Assembly: GCA_020025375.1 (NCBI GenBank)
Contig: JAHHSF010000001.1
Location: 1 to 33,825, forward strand
Direction: 5' to 3'
Origin: Oscillospiraceae bacterium
Lineage (GTDB): Bacteria; Bacillota; Clostridia; Oscillospirales; Oscillospiraceae
Length of the DNA stretch: 33,825 bases
Shown: one piece after another, positions 16,084-24,268 of the stretch
Layout of the letters: each line of letters begins with the position of its first letter
How positions within the stretch are numbered: the first letter of the stretch is position 1
Notes under the pieces: generated by a model
Database searches by the model: none
What the model was told of the DNA's origin: nothing
Seen by the model: only the letters and a program-made list of their open reading frames with translations
Translations under genes and position numbers: made by a program

Positions 16084-17343
16084 ATGAAAGACATTTATGT
16101 TGTCAGCAGCTGCCGTACTGCCGTAGGTTCCTTTGGCGGTTCCCTGAAGGACGTCCCCGCTACCGATCTGGGCGCTACCGTGGTCAAGGAAGTCCTTGCC
16201 CGTGGCGGCGTGAAGCCCGAGCAGGTGGATGAGCTCATGTTTGGTTGCATCCTCACCGCCGCTCAGGGTCAGAACCCCGCCCGCCAGGTGGGTGTGAAGG
16301 CCGGCCTCCCCTACTCCGTCCCCGCTTACACCGTGGGTATGGTCTGTGGCTCCGGCATGAAGTCCGTCATCGAGGCTGCCCGCGCCATCAAGGCCGGCGA
16401 TGCCGACGTGATTGTGGCCGGCGGTATGGAAAATATGTCCGCCGCTCCCTTTGCCCTGCCCGATGAGCGCTGGGGTGCCCGCATGGGCGATAAGAAGGTC
16501 GTGGACACCATGATCAGTGACGGCCTGTGGGACGTTTATAACAACTACCACATGGGCACCACCGCTGAGAACATCTGCGACATCTGGGGCATTACCCGCC
16601 AGGAGATGGACGAGTTCGCCGCTTCCTCCCAGCAAAAGACCGAGGCCGCTCTGGCCGCCGGCAGGTTTGAGGACGAAATCGTGCCCATCATGGTCAAGAA
16701 GAAGAAGGAAATGGTGGAGTTCAAGGTAGACGAGTTCCCCAAGGCCGGCGTCACCGCCGAGAGCATCGCAAAGCTGCGCGGCGCCTTCCCCGTAGGCCCC
16801 GACGGCGTGGAGAACGAGGTCGTACATACCTTTGAGGTCACCCAGGTCCATGAGGACGACGCTCACAAGCACGAGCAGCGGGTCACCGCCGCCAACGCCT
16901 CCGGCATCAACGACGGCGCCGCCGCAATCCTCCTGGCTTCCGGTGAGGCCGTTGAGAAGTACGGCCTCAAGCCTGTTGCCAAGCTGGTCTCCTGGGGCCA
17001 CGGCGGCGTGGATCCCAAGATCATGGGCGTTGGCCCCGTGCCCGCTTCCCGCGAGGCCATGAAGAAGGCCGGCCTGACCATTGAGGACATCGACCTGGTG
17101 GAGGCCAACGAGGCCTTTGCCGCTCAGTCCATTGCCGTAGCCCGTGAGCTGAACTTCGACATGAGCAAGGTCAACGTCAACGGCGGCGCCATCTCCATCG
17201 GCCACCCCGTCGGCGCTTCCGGTGCCCGCATCATCGTCACCCTGCTCCACGAGATGGCCAAGCGGCCCGAGGCCAAGCGCGGCCTGGCCACCCTCTGCAT
17301 CGGCGGCGGCATGGGCGTTGCGACGATCTGGGAGAAGTGCTGA
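16084..17343 (+). CDS. Acetyl-CoA C-acetyltransferase (thiolase II) with a 25-aa internal insertion
   Basis: ORF of 419 aa. Motifs VCGSGMKSV (active-site Cys), NASGINDGAAA, NVNGGAISIGHPVGASGARI, LCIGGGMG. About 27 aa longer than typical 392-394-aa thiolases, because of the insertion VENEVVHTFEVTQVHEDDAHKHEQR at 16807-16881. Confidence 0.93.
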   Translation: MKDIYVVSSCRTAVGSFGGSLKDVPATDLGATVVKEVLARGGVKPEQVDELMFGCILTAAQGQNPARQVGVKAGLPYSVPAYTVGMVCGSGMKSVIEAARAIKAGDADVIVAGGMENMSAAPFALPDERWGARMGDKKVVDTMISDGLWDVYNNYHMGTTAENICDIWGITRQEMDEFAASSQQKTEAALAAGRFEDEIVPIMVKKKKEMVEFKVDEFPKAGVTAESIAKLRGAFPVGPDGVENEVVHTFEVTQVHEDDAHKHEQRVTAANASGINDGAAAILLASGEAVEKYGLKPVAKLVSWGHGGVDPKIMGVGPVPASREAMKKAGLTIEDIDLVEANEAFAAQSIAVARELNFDMSKVNVNGGAISIGHPVGASGARIIVTLLHEMAKRPEAKRGLATLCIGGGMGVATIWEKC

Positions 17344-17480
17344 GCGAAGCACCGAGGATAAGGCAAGTTCCAAACAAAAAGCAGTCCGAGTTGCCAGTGG
17401 CAATTCCGTTGCCACCCTGCGAATCCGCCCTGGGACGTGCGCCCAATCCGTAGCGTACATCATTTCATTATCCTCACGGT

Positions 17481-17507
17481 GCGGAGCGGGCCAATGGCCC
17501 GCTCCGC
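17481..17507 (+). other. Strong GC hairpin in the thiolase/CoA-transferase spacer (possible weak terminator or processing site)
   Basis: GCGGAGCGGGCC-aat-GGCCCGCTCCGC, a 12-bp perfect stem. The nearest T-run (TTTCTTTTT) is ~17 nt downstream, so it is not a canonical intrinsic terminator. Confidence 0.4.
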
Positions 17508-17551
17508 GTGTCCCGTAAATGTAAATTTCTTTTTGTATGGAGTGGACGGGC

Positions 17552-17580
17552 TTGACACAGGACCTTGTCCGTGAAATAAT
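17552..17580 (+). promoter_or_regulatory. Candidate internal promoter for the CoA-transferase genes
   Basis: TTGACA (17552-17557), 17 nt spacer, AATAAT (17575-17580). GGAGG at 17611, TTG start at 17625. Confidence 0.55.
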
Positions 17581-17624
17581 ACAAATGACACCCCAAAAGA
17601 TATCAAAACAGGAGGTTACGAGCA

Positions 17625-18317
17625 TTGAATAATAAAGTAATTTCTCTCGAGGAAGCCGTTGCCATGATTCCTGACGGCGCCACTATTATGTTTGGCGGTT
17701 TCCTGGGTTGCGGCAGCGCCCACCACATCATCAATGCCCTCGCTGAAAGCGGCAAGAAGAACTTCACCATCATCGGTAACGACTGTGGCATGGCCCAGGG
17801 GCCCTGCGGCATCGAATACTACGGCGTGTCCCGTCTTGTCCACAACCATCAGGTCGCCCGCGTCATTGCCACCCACGTGGGCATGACCCCCGACGTGGGC
17901 ACCCAGGGCATGGTGGAAAAGACCCTGCAGGTGGATTTGGTCCCCCAGGGCTCCCTGGCTGAGATGATCCGGGCCGGCGGTGCCGGTCTGGGCGGCGTAC
18001 TCACCCCCACCGGCGTGGGCACCATCGTGGAAGATTCTCCCCTCTGCCTTGGCAAGCAGACCATCGACGGCAGGGAGTATTTGCTCATGAAGCCCGTCCA
18101 CGCGGATGTGGCTATCGTCAACGCTCACATGATTGACACCTTTGGCAATATGTGGTACAAGGGCACCACCCGGAACTTTAACCCCATGATGGCCACCGCC
18201 GCCGACCTGGTCATTGCTGAGGCCGACAACCTGGTGGAGATCGGCGATATCGCTCCCGAGAACGTGCATACTTCCGGTGCTTGCATCAATTACATCGTGG
18301 ATGGAGGGAAGCTGTAA
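17625..18317 (+). CDS. 3-oxoacid / acetate-acetoacetate CoA-transferase subunit A (AtoD/CtfA/ScoA type)
   Basis: ORF of 230 aa. Motifs DGATIMFGGFLGCG, LVPQGSLAEMIRAGGAGLGGVLTPTGVGT, TRNFNPMMATAA. TTG start. Confidence 0.92.
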   Translation: MNNKVISLEEAVAMIPDGATIMFGGFLGCGSAHHIINALAESGKKNFTIIGNDCGMAQGPCGIEYYGVSRLVHNHQVARVIATHVGMTPDVGTQGMVEKTLQVDLVPQGSLAEMIRAGGAGLGGVLTPTGVGTIVEDSPLCLGKQTIDGREYLLMKPVHADVAIVNAHMIDTFGNMWYKGTTRNFNPMMATAADLVIAEADNLVEIGDIAPENVHTSGACINYIVDGGKL

Positions 18318-18979
18318 TGGAGAAATCTGAAATCAAAGGCTTTATTGCCAAGCGTGTGGCCAAGGAGCTGAAGGATGGGGACGTGGTCAACCTTGGTATC
18401 GGCCTGCCCACTCTGGTCCCCCACTACCTGCCCGAGGGCATCCACGTGATTCTGCAGTCCGAGAACGGCATCATCGGCACCGGTGCCAAGCCCACCGAGG
18501 AGGAGGCCGAGCCCAAGTATAAGACCGACGCCGGCGGACAGCCTGCCCAGGCCGCTCCCTTCGGCTGCTATATCGACTCCGCCACCTCCTTCGGCTTTAT
18601 CCGCGGCGGCCACGTGAATGCCACCATCCTGGGCGGCCTGGAAGTAGACCAGGAGGGCTCCCTGTCCAACTGGATCATCCCCGGCAAGAAGATGCCCGGC
18701 ATGGGCGGCGCCATGGACCTGTTGGTGGGTGCCAAGGAAGTCATTGTCGCCATGGAGCACACTGCCAAGGGCAACCCCAAGATCCTGAAGAAGTGCACCC
18801 TGCCCTACACCGCCGTGCACTGTGTCAGCAAGATCATCACTGAGATGTGCGTTCTGGAGGTCACTCCCGACGGCCTGGTCATGACCGAGATCAATCCTGA
18901 GTTCACCGTGGACGATGTGAAGGCCGCTACCGCCGCCGATTTTACTGTCGCCTCCGACCTGAAGGATATGACCGCCTAA
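18317..18979 (+). CDS. 3-oxoacid / acetate-acetoacetate CoA-transferase subunit B (AtoA/CtfB/ScoB type)
   Basis: The track ORF starts at 18281. Start placed at ATG 18317 (MEKSEIKGFIAKRVAKEL...), overlapping the subunit A stop (TAATG) behind GGAGGG. Motifs NLGIGLPT and the SENG catalytic-Glu motif (LQSENGIIG); GMGGAMDL. Confidence 0.92.
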   Translation: MEKSEIKGFIAKRVAKELKDGDVVNLGIGLPTLVPHYLPEGIHVILQSENGIIGTGAKPTEEEAEPKYKTDAGGQPAQAAPFGCYIDSATSFGFIRGGHVNATILGGLEVDQEGSLSNWIIPGKKMPGMGGAMDLLVGAKEVIVAMEHTAKGNPKILKKCTLPYTAVHCVSKIITEMCVLEVTPDGLVMTEINPEFTVDDVKAATAADFTVASDLKDMTA

Positions 18980-18992
18980 GTTTTTGCGAATC

Positions 18993-19025
18993 AAAAAGCG
19001 CTGTGCCACAGGCACAGCGCTTTTT
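18993..19025. terminator. Bidirectional rho-independent terminator after the CoA-transferase genes
   Basis: AAAAA-GCGCTGTGCC-aca-GGCACAGCGC-TTTTT. Confidence 0.8.
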
Positions 19026-19035
19026 CTTTGCTCTC

Positions 19036-19237
19036 TCACATCACGTAATACGCCTTCAACCGCTTCTCGATTGTAGCTGTCCCTGAAAGGTATTCGGCCG
19101 CTGCCGCAGTCCTCGGCAATGCCGTTGATGGTGCCTTGTCCAGGAACCTTTGGAGCCGCAGGTGCTTCAGAGAGGCTTCCAGCACCCATTTGCTGGTGTG
19201 CGATACGACACCCTTCCTTACATAATTATGTAAACTA
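19036..19237 (-). pseudogene. Possible 3'-terminal remnant of a DDE transposase gene (family uncertain)
   Basis: Minus-frame translation reads ...YVRKGVVSHTSKWVLEASLKHLRLQRFLDKAPSTALPRTAAAAEYLSGTATIEKRLKAYYVM*. It loosely resembles the C-terminal tail of IS3/rve-type transposases (SRKG....ESFF..LK.E ... EYI.YYN..R) or IS256-type ones. No start, no catalytic region and no inverted repeats were identified. Weak call. Confidence 0.25.
19218..19233. repeat. Perfect 16-nt AT-rich palindrome TTACATAATTATGTAA
   Basis: Read directly: TTACATAA / TTATGTAA are exact reverse complements. It lies 4 nt downstream of the mntP stop codon, at the edge of the putative transposase remnant. Confidence 0.7.
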
Positions 19238-19789
19238 TTATCCCAAATGCTCCACGAGAATTTTGATCCCGATGCCGATAAGGACCAGCCCACCGGCCAC
19301 AGCGGCCCACTTTTCAACGAGGGCGCCCAGCTTGTTCCCCAGCAGGCCGCCCATAATGGCCATACCGAAGGCCACTACGCCGATGACGGCGGCGGAAAAC
19401 AGAATATCCACCTCCATAAAGGCCATGGACACCCCCACAGCCAGGGCGTCGATGCTGGTGGCGATGGCCAGGACGCAGAGCCGTCCGGCAGAGAGGTCGG
19501 CCGGGCCGCTCTCCTCTTCCCCGCCCCGAAAGCTCTCCCATAGCATCTTGCCGCCGATGGCGGCCAGCAGGCCGAAGGCGATCCAGTGGTCGAAAGCCAC
19601 GATGTACTCCGCCACGCTGCTGCCTAAAAACCAGCCGATGAGGGGCATGGCGCACTGGAAGCCTCCGAACCATAGGCCCATCTTTATCCCTTGCTTCCAG
19701 GAGAAGCCGGGGGTGGATATGCCGGTGGATACTGATACGGCAAAGGCGTCCAGGGCCAGGGAAAAGGCGATCAGCAAAATTTCAATCAA
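19238..19789 (-). CDS. mntP: Manganese efflux pump MntP (DUF204 family)
   Basis: ORF of 183 aa. Duplicated LALDAFAVS / TSIDALAVGVS motifs and six hydrophobic helices. TTG start behind GGAGTGA. Short leader behind TGCTATACT (extended -10). Confidence 0.9.
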   Translation of the reverse strand: MIEILLIAFSLALDAFAVSVSTGISTPGFSWKQGIKMGLWFGGFQCAMPLIGWFLGSSVAEYIVAFDHWIAFGLLAAIGGKMLWESFRGGEEESGPADLSAGRLCVLAIATSIDALAVGVSMAFMEVDILFSAAVIGVVAFGMAIMGGLLGNKLGALVEKWAAVAGGLVLIGIGIKILVEHLG

Positions 19790-19920
19790 TGTCGGTCACT
19801 CCAAAATTAGGTTTAAAGAAAAGTATAGCACAAGGGAACGAGATATGCTAGAATGATTTAAATAAACAGGAAGCCCTCTCAGTCGGCCGAGTCCAGTGGA
19901 GAGGGGATTGGAGGCGCCCC

Positions 19921-20382
19921 ATGGAGCGGGAAGATTATATGCGCGAAGCGCTCAACGCCGGGCAAAACGCCCTTGCCACGGGGGACGTACCCGTGGGATG
20001 CGTCATCGTAAAGGAAGGGGCCATCATCGCCCGGGGTTGGAACCGGCGGGAACCGGGGGATGCCACCGCCCACGCCGAGACCGAGGCCATTCGGGCGGCC
20101 TGCGCCGCCCTGGGCTCCTGGCGGCTGGAGGGTTGCTCCCTCTACGTCACCCTGGAGCCCTGCCCCATGTGCGCCGGGGCCATCATCAACAGCCGTATCT
20201 CCGCCCTTTATTACGGCGCCAAAGATGAGAAGGCAGGCTGTTGCGGTTCGGTCCTTAACCTGTTTGAGGAGCGGTTCAATCATAAGCCCCGCATTTACGG
20301 CGGGGTGTTGGAGGCCGAGTGTTCCGCCTCGCTCACGGATTTTTTCCACAGCCTGCGTCAAAACAGTGGAAAACTTTTTTGA
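19921..20382 (+). CDS. tadA: tRNA-specific adenosine deaminase
   Basis: ORF of 153 aa. Zinc motifs HAE (TAHAETEAI) and PCPMCAGA. GGAGG sits 6 nt before the ATG. Confidence 0.92.
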   Translation: MEREDYMREALNAGQNALATGDVPVGCVIVKEGAIIARGWNRREPGDATAHAETEAIRAACAALGSWRLEGCSLYVTLEPCPMCAGAIINSRISALYYGAKDEKAGCCGSVLNLFEERFNHKPRIYGGVLEAECSASLTDFFHSLRQNSGKLF

Positions 20383-20541
20383 ATTTAATACTTTTGTAAC
20401 AGTTGAGGCCTTGTTTTGTAATATTTCTTGGGTATATTAATACTCGCAAGAGACAGTTTCTTTTCATTTCATTGTATCCTCTTTCCTTGGCTGGGGCCGG
20501 ACGTCAGGAGCAGGCGTCCGGCCTTTGTCATGGTAAAAACG

Positions 20542-20580
20542 AAAAAACGGACCCGATTGACGCATCGGGTCCGTTTTTTT
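20542..20580. terminator. Bidirectional rho-independent terminator (end of the nucleoside ABC operon; also faces tadA)
   Basis: AAAAAA-CGGACCCGAT-tgacgc-ATCGGGTCCG-TTTTTTT. It abuts the permease stop codon at 20579-20581. Confidence 0.8.
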
Positions 20581-21562
20581 ATCGTTCTTCTCTGAAATAT
20601 GGTTCCCCTAAGCTCGCCGGCGGTTGCTTATTTTTGCTGTTGCGCAAGCTGGTAAAGATCAGTACGATGACCGTGACCACATAGGGCAGGATCTTATAGA
20701 GCTGGTCTGGGATAAAGGGGACCTGGAGCCGTACATAAAGAATCATCAGCGCCCCGAAGAGAACGGAGCCCCACACGGCGTTCATGGGCCGCCAGAGGCA
20801 GAAGATAACCAGGGCGACAGCCAGCCAGCCCTCACCGGCCAGACCCTCATGGTTCCAAACGCTCCCGGCAATGGTCATGATATAGACCATACCGCCGATG
20901 GCCGAGATGCCGCCGCCAATGATGGTGGCCAGATACTTGTACCGGATGACGTTGATACCGGCAGCGTCGGCGGTGGCGGGGCTCTCCCCTACCGCCCGCA
21001 GGTGGAGGCCGGACCGGCTCCGGTTGAGGAAGAGGGCCATGACCACGGCAATGAGAATCCCCAGGTAAACAAAAATGTTATAGCCAAAGACCAGGGGGCC
21101 CACCACGGGAAGCTCCTGAAGGGCGGCTGGGAAGGGAGAATTCTGAAACACGCCCTTAAGGCCGTTGCTGATGGCCACATAGGTCCCCTGTTGCTCCCGC
21201 ATATACTCGCCCACAAACTGGCCCACCCCGGTACCGAAGATAGCCAGTGCCAGACCGGTGACATTCTGATTGGCCCGGAGGGTGATGGTGAGGAAACTGA
21301 AGAGGAGGGCGCCAAAGGCCCCGGCCAGGAAGGAGCACAGAAGGGCAAGCAGGACGGCCACAATGCCGCTTGCATTGCTCCCGGCCATCTGCTCGTAGTA
21401 GAACGCGGCCCCCAGGCCAAAGGCACCGCCCATATACATCATGCCCTCCACGCCCAGGTTCAGATTGCCGGACTTTTCGGACAAAATCTCACCCACGGTG
21501 CCATAGAGCAGGGGCGTGCCCTGGAGAACGGCGGCGCTGATGAGCAAAAGCAACCTATTCAC
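20579..21562 (-). CDS. ABC transporter permease (BMP/nucleoside-type uptake system, second permease)
   Basis: ORF of 327 aa, polytopic. Start overlaps the upstream permease stop (ATGA-type overlap at 21559-21562). Confidence 0.9.
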   Translation of the reverse strand: MNRLLLLISAAVLQGTPLLYGTVGEILSEKSGNLNLGVEGMMYMGGAFGLGAAFYYEQMAGSNASGIVAVLLALLCSFLAGAFGALLFSFLTITLRANQNVTGLALAIFGTGVGQFVGEYMREQQGTYVAISNGLKGVFQNSPFPAALQELPVVGPLVFGYNIFVYLGILIAVVMALFLNRSRSGLHLRAVGESPATADAAGINVIRYKYLATIIGGGISAIGGMVYIMTIAGSVWNHEGLAGEGWLAVALVIFCLWRPMNAVWGSVLFGALMILYVRLQVPFIPDQLYKILPYVVTVIVLIFTSLRNSKNKQPPASLGEPYFREER

Positions 21563-22647
21563 TGCTTCGCCACCTCCTTATGTTTTCCACGGAAAATCAG
21601 CTCATAGTTGATGAAAAACTCACAGCCCAGCATACAAAAGAGGAAAATGCCGGTGATGATGTCGGAGATGGAGGCAGGGACCGCCATGCGGGTCTGGAGG
21701 GTGGCCGCCCCCTTCTCCAGGACGGCCAGCAGGCCAGAAATGCCGATCATGGCAAAGGGATTGAGCTGGGCCAGCCAGGCCACGGTGATAGCGGTAAAGC
21801 CCACCCCGGCGGCCACGCCGTCATTGAGGGTGGTATTGGCCCCGGAGGCCAGGATAAAACCTACCAGGCCGCTGATGGCCCCGGAGAGGAACATGGTACG
21901 CATGATAATCTTACCCACGTTCATCCCGGCGTACCGGGCGGTGTTCTCACTCTCCCCCACCACGGCAATCTCGTAGCCCTGCTTGGTGTACTTCATATAG
22001 ATATACATGACCACGGTGAGGACCAGGACAATGATCCAGCCGCAGTGGACCCCAAATACCTTGGGGAGCACCGCTTTGCTGTCGAACATGGGAATAATCT
22101 GGGAGCCGGGCCGCCCCTCCCAGGGACCACCCTGGAGCCACTTGACCACGCCGATGATAATGTAGTTCATCATTAGGGTAAAGAGGGTCTCATTGGTCCC
22201 CCATTTCGCCTTGAAAAAGGCGGGAATGAGGGCCCACAGCCCTCCGGCGACGGCCCCGGCCAGTCCCATCACGGGAATCAGCGCCCAACCGGGGAGCTGG
22301 TCCACCCAGAAGAGGGCGAAGTAGGAGGCGGCCACGGCCCCCGCCGTAATCTGTCCCTCGGCCCCGATGTTCCAGAAGCGCATCTTGAAGCAGGGAGCGA
22401 TGGCCAGGGCGGTGCCCAGGAGGGGGACAGCGATTTTCACAGTCTGGCGAATGGCAGTCTTTTTCCCCAGGGAGCCGGAGAGGATGGTGCCGTAGGCTTC
22501 CATGGGGCTGTGCCCCATGAGGCCGAAGATGAGGGCGCCCAGGAGGATGGCGGCCACAAAGGAGCCGCCCCGGATGCACCAGACCTGCCAGGAAGGCATG
22601 GCATCCCGTTTCGCCAGTCGGATGAGAGGCGTTTTCTGTTCGTGCAT
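21559..22647 (-). CDS. ABC transporter permease (BMP/nucleoside-type uptake system, first permease)
   Basis: ORF of 362 aa, polytopic. The ATG at 22647 directly follows the ATPase stop at 22648-22650. Confidence 0.9.
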   Translation of the reverse strand: MHEQKTPLIRLAKRDAMPSWQVWCIRGGSFVAAILLGALIFGLMGHSPMEAYGTILSGSLGKKTAIRQTVKIAVPLLGTALAIAPCFKMRFWNIGAEGQITAGAVAASYFALFWVDQLPGWALIPVMGLAGAVAGGLWALIPAFFKAKWGTNETLFTLMMNYIIIGVVKWLQGGPWEGRPGSQIIPMFDSKAVLPKVFGVHCGWIIVLVLTVVMYIYMKYTKQGYEIAVVGESENTARYAGMNVGKIIMRTMFLSGAISGLVGFILASGANTTLNDGVAAGVGFTAITVAWLAQLNPFAMIGISGLLAVLEKGAATLQTRMAVPASISDIITGIFLFCMLGCEFFINYELIFRGKHKEVAKQ

Positions 22648-24192
22648 TTATCCCTCCTCCTTTCCCCCGCCCACACGGGTCATGAGCAGGCCCACCTCTT
22701 CCTTGGTGGCGGTCCTGCCGTCTACGATTCCGCTGACCTGACCGCCGCAGAGGACCAAGATGCGGTCGCACAGCTCCAGGAGGACATCAAGGTCCTCACC
22801 CACGAAGATGACGGCCACCCCCTTTTTCTTTTGCTCGGTCATGAGATTATAGATGGTGTAAGAGGTATTGATGTCCAGGCCCCGGACGGCATAGGCGCTC
22901 ATAAGCACCGAGGGAGCGGAGGCAATCTCCCGGCCCACCAGCACCTTCTGCACATTGCCGCCGGAGAGGCGGCGCACCGGAAACTCCACGTTGGGGGTGA
23001 CCACTTCCAGGCTCTCCATTACCTCTTTGGCCAGCTTTCCGGGATCCTTCCGATTGACAAAGGCCCCCTTGCCGACCTTCCAGGAGCGGAGCATCATGTT
23101 TCCGGTCATACCCATGCCCCCCACCAGGCCCATGCCCAGCCGGTCCTCGGGGACGAAGGCCATCGCCACGCCCGCCTTCTTGATTTCCATGGGGCGCTTG
23201 CCTACCAGGTCGCAGGGCTCCTTCCCCTCCGGGGAGTAGACGATGGTGCCCTCCTTTATGGGGTACAGGCCGGCGATGGACTCCAGAAGCTCCTTCTGGC
23301 CGGAGCCGGCAATGCCGGCCACCCCCAGAATCTCGCCGCCCATAGCGGTAAAGGTCACGTTGTCCAGCTTTTTGACCCCCTCGGCATCCAGGCAGGTAAG
23401 CCCCTGCACCGTGAGCCGGGGGGTGGGGTTCACCGGGTCGGGCCGGTCAATGTTCAGGGTCACGGCGTGGCCCACCATCATATCGGTGAGGGCCTGAGGA
23501 TTCGTTTCCTTGGTCAGGACGGTGCCCACATACTTGCCCTTGCGGAGGACGGCCACCTTGTCGGAGAGGGCCATGACCTCGTGGAGCTTGTGGGTGATGA
23601 TGACGATGGCCTTGCCGTCGTCCCGCATGGCCCGGAGGATGGTAAACAGCCGCTCGGTCTCCTGGGGGGTAAGGACGGCGGTTGGCTCGTCCAGAATCAG
23701 GATGTCAGCCCCCCGGTAGAGGACCTTCACGATCTCAACCGTCTGCTTTTCCGACACCGACATCTCATAGACCTTCTTCTCCGGGTCAATGCCAAAGCCA
23801 TATCTGTCGCTGATGGCCCGGACCTTGGCGGCAATCTCCTTCCGATCCAGCTTTCTCCCATCGTGGAGGCCCAGGACGATGTTCTCGGCGGCGGTAAAGA
23901 CGTCGATGAGCTTAAAATGCTGGTGAATCATTCCGATCCCGTTGTCAAAGGCATCCTTCGGGGAGCGGATGGCCACCGATTTGCCCCCCACCAGGATCTC
24001 CCCCTCATCGGGGAAGTAGATGCCGGCAAGCATGTTCATGAGGGTGGTCTTTCCACTGCCGTTCTCCCCCAGGAGGGAGAGAATCTCTCCCTTGTCCAGG
24101 CTCAGGCTGATACTGTCGTTGGCCACCACTTTGCCGAAGCGTTTTGTGATATTTCTCAGTTCAATGGCGCTTGCGTGTTCCACGGCTGTCAT
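22648..24192 (-). CDS. ABC transporter ATP-binding protein with two fused ATPase cassettes (sugar/nucleoside importer type)
   Basis: The track ORF extends to 24261. Start placed at ATG 24192 (MTAVEHASAIELRNITKRFG...) behind GAAAGGG. First cassette GENGSGKTT / VSEKQTVEI / ILILDEPTA. Second cassette GIAGSGQKEL / LSGGNVQKV / YAVRGLD. Confidence 0.92.
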   Translation of the reverse strand: MTAVEHASAIELRNITKRFGKVVANDSISLSLDKGEILSLLGENGSGKTTLMNMLAGIYFPDEGEILVGGKSVAIRSPKDAFDNGIGMIHQHFKLIDVFTAAENIVLGLHDGRKLDRKEIAAKVRAISDRYGFGIDPEKKVYEMSVSEKQTVEIVKVLYRGADILILDEPTAVLTPQETERLFTILRAMRDDGKAIVIITHKLHEVMALSDKVAVLRKGKYVGTVLTKETNPQALTDMMVGHAVTLNIDRPDPVNPTPRLTVQGLTCLDAEGVKKLDNVTFTAMGGEILGVAGIAGSGQKELLESIAGLYPIKEGTIVYSPEGKEPCDLVGKRPMEIKKAGVAMAFVPEDRLGMGLVGGMGMTGNMMLRSWKVGKGAFVNRKDPGKLAKEVMESLEVVTPNVEFPVRRLSGGNVQKVLVGREIASAPSVLMSAYAVRGLDINTSYTIYNLMTEQKKKGVAVIFVGEDLDVLLELCDRILVLCGGQVSGIVDGRTATKEEVGLLMTRVGGGKEEG

Positions 24193-24268
24193 CCCTTTCT
24201 CGATTCCACACACAATAAAGGAGGTAAAGGGGGGCTGCGGTCGCAGCCCCCCTTTTGACACGGCATGT

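Noticed and set aside
17412-17445. tRNA-like T-loop resemblance (TGCGAATCCGCCC) in the thiolase/CoA-transferase spacer.
   Set aside because: No flanking 5-bp T-stem, acceptor stem or anticodon arm can be drawn on either strand.
19790-19920. yybP-ykoY Mn2+ riboswitch expected upstream of mntP.
   Set aside because: The extended -10 element (TGCTATACT) lies only about 45 nt from the TTG start. No GGGGAGUAG-type conserved core is present.
20334-20468. 44-codon minus-strand ORF (MKRNCLLRVLIYPRNITKQGLNCYKSIKFKKVFHCFDAGCGKNP), Cys/Lys-rich, with AGAGGA 9 nt upstream.
   Set aside because: It runs antisense into the last 49 nt of tadA. It lies in AT-rich DNA, where such ORFs arise by chance, and has no supporting promoter. 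Too speculative to call.
20383-20545. Expected SRP (4.5S/scRNA) gene downstream of tadA, as in Bacillus.
   Set aside because: The conserved helix-8 sequence (GUCAGGUCCGGAAGGAAGCAGC-like) is absent. Only a short GUCAGG-AGCAGG loop resemblance exists, and the region is too short and AT-rich for a Firmicute SRP RNA.
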